From positions 1 to 33,231 of the forward strand of contig OLMU01000222.1 of assembly GCA_900291995.1 (NCBI GenBank): a DNA stretch of 33,231 bases. Direction: 5' to 3'. Position 1 is the first letter of the stretch. Each line of letters starts with the position of its first letter. Shown piece by piece: positions 11,101 to 19,943 of this stretch. Source of the stretch: Licmophora abbreviata. Lineage: Eukaryota. The translations under genes and the position numbers were made by a program. The notes beneath the pieces are model-generated. The model had not been told where the DNA came from. It made no database searches and worked only from the letters and a program-made list of their open reading frames with translations.

Positions 11101-13117
11101 GTTTGGATGCGATGCCAGCGATTGATTGACCACGACCCTAGGCACCGGCGCAAGTTCTCCCAGTAGTGCTCTTATGATCGCGGACTTGCCACTGCCAACA
11201 GAGCCGACAACCGCGACAACTTCCCCGGGATTCACGTGCAGGTTCACGTCACACAGCGCGGGAGCTGCTTTCGTTGTGAACTCGCCATCCTTCGTCGCCT
11301 TTGACGAAGACCACAAGAAATTCCCGTTCTTCATACGGATGCTCCCACCTTGACCATCAGGCGGGGCAACGTTCTCGACATATGGAATAATTTCTTCCGA
11401 TGAAAGATATGAGGACAAACGTCTCAAAGCATTCTTCCCGTTGGCCAAAGAGTCAATCAACATGGGATAGAAAAAAAGCGGGAATCGTAGTTGATTGAAC
11501 AGCGATATTGCCGTGAATATTGTGCTGGCTACAATCGGTCGTCCGGTCTTGACATACGCTGACAGCGTTACTACTAGCACCAACGCCGGAACAGCATTTG
11601 ATACCGCCTGATTTATCGCCCGAATGACACCGCGCGACACATGTCTACGAAGCTCCTCTTGACGATCTTTTCTGACACCATCAGCAAAACTCTCTTCCCA
11701 TGCCTTCATCAGGACGAGGCAATAAGATCGGTAAGGTATCGTCTCGGGACAGAGCGAGGTTAAGTGTTGTAAGGTTGTCTCACCTGCAGCTTCAGGAGTT
11801 TCATGTTGGAAATCGCTTCGGTGGTTCGTTTTGTTCGTGCATCTTTTGCCTCGTTTTCAAGCCTGCTAATGCGGTTCAATATCCGGAGCGTGACACTGTT
11901 GAGCGGGATAGTCAGCAGAAGCACCGACATCCCATAAAGTACGGACGGCCCCAGATACCGAAACAGAAGAGTCGAGTAGATGGCAATCTAGAGGATATTT
12001 TCGCGAGGTATGACAACGGGGTTAGAGAAGGAGCAAGCGCAGTAGCAGTTAGTATCGCGCATGACAGGCGCAAGTAGCAGCTCACCTGTAGGGGTCCATC
12101 CCAAATGGTGTGCAGCTGCATAGCGGTCGACTCGAGAATGGAGGCATCTGACTGCATAAGATTAAGAACGCCTCCAGCTCCCAGCGCAGATTTTGTCTTG
12201 CTTTTCGTTTCGGATGAGGTGATGCTGCTCGCACCACCACCACTAGGAAGCCTCAGACTCTTGTCAAAGATCAGCCCAGCTAGGGAACCTCGTACCTGCG
12301 TGGCCGTTTTGACAACTTGGTGGAAGTACTGGTTCTCAGTGACCATCTTCAGCGATAACACAGCGACTAGGGCAACGGCTGCCGAAAGCGCCTTGGATGG
12401 ATGATGCATGTCCCCTGCTTCTACTAATCGCAATAGCCTCGCGACCAAGAGTGCTGGAAACGCCTGTACAATCGTGTTGGCCAGGCGCAGTATTCCTGTC
12501 GAGATTAGGTTGGCACGCTGATGAATAAGCAGAGCTTTGGCCAAAGTCAATGATTCCGAGATTTTCGCGGCTCCGACATCCTTTTGCTTCTGCTGCTCAA
12601 TGCCTTTTCTTGCGTTCAATCTGCACTGATTATAAATTACTTCTAACGCCGGGACGGTCGACCCCATCAATCGCGCCTCGGGCACATCGAAGGAGTCTTC
12701 TTCTCCCAACTGTCTCTCAGATGCTAAATTAACGAGAGGAGAAGCGTAGCTGAAGAGAATCTTCGAGGGGAGCGACGCACTGCATTCCCCTCTCTTCCAA
12801 CGATCGTCTGGTGATGCAGAAAGTGGGTTAAGGCTCGACATGAACTGTCGGATCGACCTGTTCTTCTTTGGTGCGAGCACGTCGCCCGCAGTCGACATCT
12901 GCTGTGCCACTGTGACACCAGTCGCAGCTCGATTGGTGGAGGGGGGAGCTGCCACACCATGAGGGCGCGCTGAACTCAAGGGGGCGGTGTTCGCATGCGT
13001 CCCGACAAGAAGAGATGAAGCAAACGGCAGCAGAATCTGAACAAGAAGGAAAGCTATTGACACCACCGAGGATGACGACGAGCTGCGTCGTCCTCGGCCT
13101 ATTCTGGACTCCTTCAT
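8176..13117 (-). CDS. ABC transporter subfamily C (MRP-like, TMD1-NBD1-TMD2-NBD2); exons 13117-12086, 11987-11784, 11703-8176
   Basis: NBD1 GSVGSGKS / LSGGQRARVALARA / LLDDPLAALD (the degenerate site typical of ABCC). NBD2 GRTGSGKSS / LSLGQRQL / MDEATSSVD. Also FFDATPSGQLLSRF and IIPQDPVLF. Splicing joins GPLQ|IAIY and MKLLKLQ|AWEESF. Confidence 0.93.
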
Positions 13118-13715
13118 GGCTCCGTTTCTCCTGAATGATCCAATTCTGATCTTGCGTTACTCAAAAAGTTGGCTTCGGGACTTCTTCCGCAGTTTATGAG
13201 CACCCAGGAGATGACAACGCATAATTTGTTGACATCGACGAACACAGAGTTGAGTTGGTCTAGACTATTAGATCAGTTTCGAATGGTAGCGTCGCGTGCG
13301 TTATGGTATCATACCTGGCACGAACCTGGTACAATGTAGCGACTTCTCATCATTCAACATTCCGTTTGACCAGAGACCATCTACTCATGCGACCCGTACG
13401 TGAAGGAATCTTGCCCCTCCTAGAAAGCAACTGGAAGCTGGGTCCCGCAGTGTAGTTCATGACTCATGACTGACTCACCAACGGAGCCGGCTGACTGAGT
13501 GAGTCCGCCTACAAAGCTGCATCATTGCAAATCAGGTGATACACTTACTTTAGTCTACGAGATGCGTCGGTATATATAGGCATCTGGCATGCAAGGCCTT
13601 AGTAAAAGGAGACTCCATCGAATAAAGCAACATAACTTTTACTTAGTCCACTACTTGGACACAGTTAACTGACTGAGGTCTCGCCCGGCTATCATACAGC
13701 AGCGACCATAGAGCT

Positions 13716-16275
13716 CTACCCTCCAGTATCCACAACAGTGCTGGCGACAGCCTCGGCGGCACTCTTTGCAAGTTCCCCATTGTTCAGGACGGGAGGTAAA
13801 TGCGTCAAATGTTCCGGGTCGACAACGTCACACGAGTGTGACCAGTGGTAGGTAGTGATAAAGACCAGCATATGCATGGCGCAAACGTAAAAGAAGAGCG
13901 CAGTACGCATCTCTTTGCTTCCCAGGACCGTCCTCGCAACTATGAACACAATACGTTCCATAGGAGACATCTCGCTCATCTTGCGCTGTCGTTCCGTGCG
14001 ACTAAACTGGCGGAACGGATCGACGGACGCCTCGTAGCGTTGCTCCAACGCTTCCAGGTCCAGGTCACGGTCTGACATGCTGCCGCTTCGGTTGTAGGCT
14101 CCCGCCCGAGATGCCCCACCCGACGAGCTGTTAAAGTTCTGTAGGTAGCGCACCTTCTCATAAAGTTTCGTGTTGTCGGACTTGAGCGATTCTGCTGCCT
14201 GTACTTGGACTTGCAGCTCTCTCTTGAAGCTGTCACGCTCAGCCTCTAGCGCTTCGTTGCGAGCGCGAAGCCGATCGCGCTGAGCCATTACGATGGTAGC
14301 CACCGAGTGGTCATCATCGGCTTTTTCGGCGGCGGAAACACTAGTGTTGGGCATCGCCTTGCTGGAAGGCGGCGGCGTGGAGGCGTCCGGATCGAGAATA
14401 TGCTGTAGCGTGGCGGGGCTCTCGCCGTCAACAGGGACAGGGGTTTTTAAGGGCGAGGTCGCCTTCTGACTGGCGGGAGCAGCGATTGCTTTTTCCAGAT
14501 CCACTTCGAGAGAGGCAACAAGCGTTTCTGAGTCTACTCTCGCTTTCTGCGCGTTAGAAAGCTCCCGCCTCAACTCGTCGCATTCCTTGGCGTGATCCAT
14601 TTTCTGGTTTCGCTCTCGGACGAGCTCGGATTCCACACGACGGAGCTTGGCAACGAGAACAGACTCAAAGTCCTTCTCTTCTTCGTCTTCCGCGACACCA
14701 GTCATCTCCGGGTCGCGTTCTGCATCGACATCGTCCGCATTGTACTCTAGACGTTTGAGGATGCGGAGCTCACGCTTCATGTTGTCAACAAACGCGTGCG
14801 AAGGTGCAGCGGCAAGCTGAGACTCCAGAGTCATCACGCTCGACGACAGAGCGTTCCGTTCTTGTTCGAGAGAATCAATCGTAGAGTGGAACGCGCGGCG
14901 CTCTTCTGAGTGCGTGTCCTCCTTGATTCGGAGCTCTTCACGGAGCGCGTTGGCGGTGTGCGACAATTCGCTGACCTGCAAGTATACGAACCATCGTTGT
15001 TGGAAGCGTGTCTATCAAGATACGTCCAAAGTCTCCGTGCCAAGCTCTGTACTTACCTCAGCTTCATAGGCCTTGCGCTCGAGAAGTAAATCGGACATTG
15101 CCAGGCTTCCCGACGGCGGCGGGGTCGGGCCTGTGCGAGCGCTGTCCGTCCCCCTCCAACGCTGCAACACGAAGGCGGAGCTCATCGCGCTCACGCGTCG
15201 CCTCGTGCAGAGTTTCACGAAGACGCTCCGAATCGTCAATGAGGATGCGCCGCTGGGCCTCCCATGCTGCTTCGCGCTCTCCCGCACCCTCGTCTGCTTC
15301 GAGCAAGTGGACCTGAGTTGCTTCGCGCCCAGCCCGTTCAGCCTTAAGCTGGAGCTCAAGAGTCTGCACACGTCGCTCCATGACTGCCTCGCGTTCCAGA
15401 GCTTCAGAGGCGCGACGTCCTTCCGTTTCAGCTAGATCCTGCTGTGCCTTTTCAAGCTGCTGTTTCATAGCTGTTTCTCCGTCGCGCTGCAGTTCAGAGA
15501 TCTTGCCTTCAAGCTTTCTGATCGTAATGTCCTGGTTCTTGAGCGATCGGAACTCCACCTCGTATTCGGCGACTTCCCCGCGTAGTTGGATGAGCTCTTC
15601 ATGCTCAGCCTTGGACAGAGCTCCGGATGCTGATTCTTCCATTTTGGATGCGCGGAGCTGTGCCATATCGTCTTCGTGGCGACTCGCCAGCTGTGCCAAT
15701 TCGTCTTCATAACGACTTGCCTGCTGCGCCGCGTTGCTCTCGATACTCTGCATTTCGCGATTCACTCCCTCCAAGGTACCAAACAACTGCGTAAGCTGAG
15801 CCTGCTGAGAGTCGATATGCTCCATAGCAGCTCGAAGAATATTAGCAGGTTCGGGGACGTCCAACAGACTGTGGTGAATGGAGGAGCATGCAGTCTCGGA
15901 TGACTTGCAGCGGCGTGTCAGATTATCGATTTCTTCCTGGTAAGCCTTGACTGTTTTGCGGCACTCTTTGGCTAATCCATCCATCGTTTTCACCGCAACA
16001 GTAGAATGATCTGACGACGAGAGATTTTCAGCGAGTCCAGCAGACGCTTGTTCCATGCTCTTGACGCTTTTCTTGAATTGCTTGGTCGTCTCTCCTAGCT
16101 GCTTCCGGGCGGTCAGCGAATGCTCCTTCTGCTCTTTAGCTTGAATCGCTGTCTTCTCCAACTGCGACAAGCGAGAGTCCCAGTCAAACCCAAGCCATGA
16201 TTGAAATGCGAGCTGCAGAGACGACATCAGCGTCTCTTGGCTGCCTCCAGGACTTGCGTCGATTCTGGCTGCCAT
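13716..16275 (-). CDS. CASP: CASP/COY1-like Golgi coiled-coil membrane protein; exons 16275-15057 (apparent +1 frameshift near C5 run 15150-15154), 14975-13716
   Basis: CUX1/CASP N-terminus (RKQLGETTKQFKK, VKAYQEEIDNLTRR, EFRSLKNQDITIRKLE) and CASP C-terminal domain (IVMAQRDRLRARNEALE, LKSDNTKLYEKVRYLQ, YEASVDPFRQF), ending in a TM segment FFYVCAMHMLVF. Intron 15056-14976 is GTAAGT..CAG. Confidence 0.88.
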
Positions 16276-16798
16276 GGTCACAGCGAGATGATACCGCAAC
16301 AAAATGAAATGACAGCGTGTTGTCGCGCCGGCGGAACTCTCGTGACTGATCGCGCGAGCTCTTCAAATTGGATTTGGATCGCGAGGTCGTTAAGCCGACT
16401 TTCAACTTTCAGAAGCCTGAAGTCGCATCGTGATACCGCGGGCCGCAAGCTACGATTCGAACTAGTCTCTCATTGGAACTCATCGTGGACTAGGCAGAAG
16501 TGGAACCTTAGACACCTCGTGCTATCATCATTGAGAGACAAGGGAGCTTGTTGGCTTGTAGGCTAGCTGTACCGGTGGCTTGCTACTACTTGGAGTAGTA
16601 GCTACTCGGAGTAGCTACGAGCGCTATACGCATCGGCTTTCATGCTGCTCTGCCTTGACGAGATTACGAACGCGAGGGAGAAGGATACGCGTTCTCACAA
16701 CTGAAAAGACTACTCGCGATCCCTATTATTTCTCTCACTATTTATTATCTTGCTTTAGGTCGTCCGGGATCTCCGCAATCATACAGCCTGGGTCGACG

Positions 16799-16803
16799 AA
16801 AAA
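16799..16803 (-). terminator. RNA polymerase III terminator (T5) of the tRNA-Gly gene
   Basis: TTTTT on the minus strand, 5 nt after the discriminator base. Confidence 0.7.
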
Positions 16804-16808
16804 GGGAG

Positions 16809-16972
16809 TGCGCTGCCCGGGAATCGAACCCGGGTCTGCGAAACGATGAAGGGAAGAAGTTAGGGAATAAGCTGTGAGAGGAGTTTCACGATTCCGTTCT
16901 TTCGCGCGAAACACCCTGTTTGTCTTACCCCCTGAATGGGAATCAGGAATCTTGCCTCTAGACGAACAGCGC
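16809..16972 (-). tRNA. tRNA-Gly (anticodon CCC); exon 1 16972-16929, 93-nt intron 16928-16836, exon 2 16835-16809
   Basis: Spliced sequence GCGCTGT TC GTCT AGAGGCA AGAT T CCTGA TTCCCAT TCAGG GG|AC CCGGG TTCGATT CCCGG GCAGCGC A (71 nt). Acceptor, D, anticodon and T stems all pair, and B-box GGTTCGATTCC is present. Confidence 0.93.
16836..16928 (-). other. Spliceosomal-type (U2, GT-AG) intron inside the tRNA variable loop
   Basis: Starts GTAAGA. Branch motif CCTAAC has its A at 16860, 24 nt from the 3' end, followed by the pyrimidine tract TTCTTCCCTTCATCGTTTCG and a terminal CAG. Size and signals match the mRNA introns in this window. Confidence 0.85.
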
Positions 16973-17341
16973 TTGTTTCCGTTCCGTACGCGTTGTATGA
17001 AAAAATACTAGTATATAAACTGTGATCTATACTTCAAAGCAGCTTATATGTATCCGGTTGCACGGAAAACACTCTCTTCTTCTTCTAAGCTATCGACTTG
17101 CACCCTTCTTCCTTAGCCTAGAGAGAGTATAAGGCGGTCTACCTTACAAAAGAAGCTAGAATAGATAGGCATATTTCGAGTGGCGGTCAGTCAGTCGTTG
17201 TCGTGTCTGTCATCGCACGTATGCGTATCTTTGGGGGCGCCAAATCTTTCGATTTCAATTTCGATCTCTCTCATGACCTAACCGATAACCGATGAATCAT
17301 CACAGTCACCGAAAGGCAGAGAAGGAACAAAAGAAACGCCG

Positions 17342-18383
17342 ATGAAGTTGTTCTGTTTGCCGGTGTCTATGCTTGCATTCGCGCGAGTGGCTGCTTCCTT
17401 CTCGACAAAAGGATCTGCTCCGTTTCTTCGAAAGACGTCTCTCGCCATGGCCGAGCGCTTCACGATTCCTGACCAACCAGCCCGTTTTGCTAGAGCCAAG
17501 AAGGAAAACAACGAACGCTATCTTGATATCACGACCGTCTACGACCCTTCATTCCTTAAGGGCAAGCGCGTTGCAGTGACGGGAGCTAACCGAGGCATTG
17601 GACTGGCTCTTGCGACAGAGTTGGCGGAGCAGGGTGCCAAAATCGTTGCGCTATGTCGATCCAGCTCGGACGAGCTCGAAGCTCTAAAGCCTGACGAGAT
17701 GATTCTTGGTATCGACGTTAGGGACGACGAAAAGTGCGAAGCGATCAAAGACCAAATTAAGGGTGGTCCCATTGATATCGTAAGTCTGTAAATATTGAAT
17801 ATGTTGGCAGTATTGTGTGCGGTCGCTCCGAAGATACTAACCTTTTGTTCCGATCACTTTTGTTCATATTATGCTCATACTCGCACAGCTCATCAACAAC
17901 GCAGGGTACTTTTATGAGCCTTTGGAGACTCTCGACTCGCTGAACTTTCCAGAACAAATCAAAACGATCGATATCTGTGCTTGTGGACCTCTCCGTGTTT
18001 CGGCATCGCTTGTGCATGGAGGACTCCTCCAGGAGGGTTCCAAAATCATCATGATTACGTCGCAAGGCGGCTCGGTGGAGTGGCGCACAACGCAGAATCC
18101 CACCGGTCATGATTATGGTCACCATATGTCGAAAGCGGCAGCCAACATGATGTCGGTGTTGTTGGCGCAGGAGTTGAAGAGCAAGGGTATCGCCGTCGGC
18201 ATCTTTCACCCTGGCTTCAACAAGACGGGCATGACGGCCAAATACAAGGATATTTGGGAAGTGGAAGGAGCTGTTGATCCTTCTGTAGGCGCCAAGAGGA
18301 TCATGTACGAAGCAGGAAAACTGAGCATGGAGACGTCTGGTGAGTTTATCAACTGTGAGGACGGATTGGAAATCCCTTGGTAG
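17342..18383 (+). CDS. Short-chain dehydrogenase/reductase (CsgA/C-factor-like classical SDR), predicted plastid-targeted; exons 17342-17779, 17889-18383
   Basis: TGANRGIG, DI|LINNAG, ITSQGGS, YGHHMSKAAANM (catalytic Tyr position reads H in HxxxK), IFHPGFNKTGM. The N-terminal signal ends AAS-F (ASAFAP-like). Confidence 0.88.
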
Positions 18384-18766
18384 TCGTCTAGCTGGGAAGA
18401 TGAGCGACAGACGAGGGAGCTTCAGCGTAGATCCAGAATAAGCCACACGAAGTTGAAGTTTATCATGACTATCAGCGTCTAATGTAGATAGCACCGGCAA
18501 GAGCGCATGTAGACATCGATAGCAGTCGGCACTGACGGCTGACAAGTCGGCGAGCGGACATCCACGACTCATGACCTGATCACAGGCTGTGACGCCGCTT
18601 TGTCGCGATGACGATGATGTACCGTTACTATACTAGTATTAGACCACCAGGTACCATACATAATACCAGGTACAACCGATGTGACAAAACATTCCCTCTG
18701 AACCTGCATTCTTTACAAGCGTTCGTATCATCCTAAAGCGAGACCGAGTGAATCCTTGCATTGACA

Positions 18767-19888
18767 ATGATGTCGAGAAGCGCTTTATCGCGAACGCTCG
18801 TGTCCAAACTTTCGTCCTTGTCCGTGTCGTCGCCGCGGCCACCTGCTTCGGCGATGGTACGCTTTTTGACCGGCGGCGGCGGCAAGAACGACGGCGACGA
18901 TCCCAACAAAGCGAAAGACGATCCGTTTGGAGTTCACTACGATGACGGTGCGGAGAAACTCGGCCCTCCATCTGAGATGCCTCCCAAGTACATGCGTGAT
19001 CGAGCCACGGGAAAGTTTATTGGAAGAGTCGAAGATGAACTCACCGAGCGACAGCGGCGTCTGCTCAAGGGCGACTCTGTCGATGTCGAAGGGGTGGTAC
19101 GGGACGAGCTGAAGGAGCAGTGGAATGCGTCAGCAGATGAGGTGGGAGACTCGGCACTTCACGCTGAAGCGGCGCAGCGTATTCGGGAGGAAGAAATGGC
19201 CCTCAACACGATCGGAAGGAGTGCCCGAGCGCAGAGTGTCAAAGGTGTCGACGTCGATGGCAACGAGACGTATCTAGACGAGACAGGATTTTCCAAACCT
19301 CTAAGTCCTGCTGAGTTCCGCACTTTCCGGTCGGTCATGAAGGAGGAGCACATGGTCAACGTGAAGAAGGATGACATCCCCGTCGAGTGGACAAAGGAGA
19401 GGCTACCTGGTGAAAAGGACGAGGGGTCCATCTCAGACAATCCAGACTTGGACGTCGCATGGATGACTGCTGCAGCGAGGCGACAGATGGATGGAGACTC
19501 GGAGGACGACCCTTTCATGGATGTTATGCCGAGCGACTTTACTCCAGCTCGCCGTGCGAATCGACGTCACGCCAAGACGATTCCGAAGGAACTGCTTCAT
19601 CACAACAACCTCGGTTTGCTTCGCCGCTACATTACGCCCGCTGGAACAATTATGAATCGAGTTCAGAGTCGCCTTGGAGCTAAAGATCAACGCAAAATTG
19701 CAAAGCTGATTAAGCGCGCAAGGAATCTCGGCCTGATCCCTCATGTCGGTCAGTTCCGGATCGAAAACAACGGAAATATACACGAAAACGACATCCACGA
19801 AGAGAGAGAATGGGAACTAGAACTCATGAACCGAGGCCTTGTGAAACGACAGTTCTTGAAGAGCAGAGACAATCCGCAAGATGCGTAG
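18767..19888 (+). CDS. Mitochondrial ribosomal protein S18 (bS18m) with long N-terminal extension
   Basis: C-terminal S18 core NLGLLRRYITPAGTIMNRVQSRLGAKDQRKIAKLIKRARNLGLIP, plus a Ser/Arg-rich N-terminus lacking acidic residues, resembling a mitochondrial presequence. Confidence 0.85.
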   Translation: MMSRSALSRTLVSKLSSLSVSSPRPPASAMVRFLTGGGGKNDGDDPNKAKDDPFGVHYDDGAEKLGPPSEMPPKYMRDRATGKFIGRVEDELTERQRRLLKGDSVDVEGVVRDELKEQWNASADEVGDSALHAEAAQRIREEEMALNTIGRSARAQSVKGVDVDGNETYLDETGFSKPLSPAEFRTFRSVMKEEHMVNVKKDDIPVEWTKERLPGEKDEGSISDNPDLDVAWMTAAARRQMDGDSEDDPFMDVMPSDFTPARRANRRHAKTIPKELLHHNNLGLLRRYITPAGTIMNRVQSRLGAKDQRKIAKLIKRARNLGLIPHVGQFRIENNGNIHENDIHEEREWELELMNRGLVKRQFLKSRDNPQDA

Positions 19889-19943
19889 TACTGCCAGTTC
19901 TCAGAAAGAGTGCTTAAGTAGATGCAACTTTTAATAGTGGCAA

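Noticed and set aside
16580..16849. 89-aa plus-strand ORF ending VRCPGIEPGSAKR
   Set aside because: Its end is the antisense reading of the tRNA T-arm and acceptor stem. It has a TTG start and no coding features.
16836..16928. Reading the tRNA insert as a canonical TSEN intron, or the two halves as pseudogene fragments
   Set aside because: The insert is not at 37/38, no bulge-helix-bulge is evident, both halves pair fully, and the borders are exact GT/AG with a branch point.
17757..18572. 271-aa minus-strand ORF
   Set aside because: Antisense to the SDR gene and crosses its intron. No recognisable domain.
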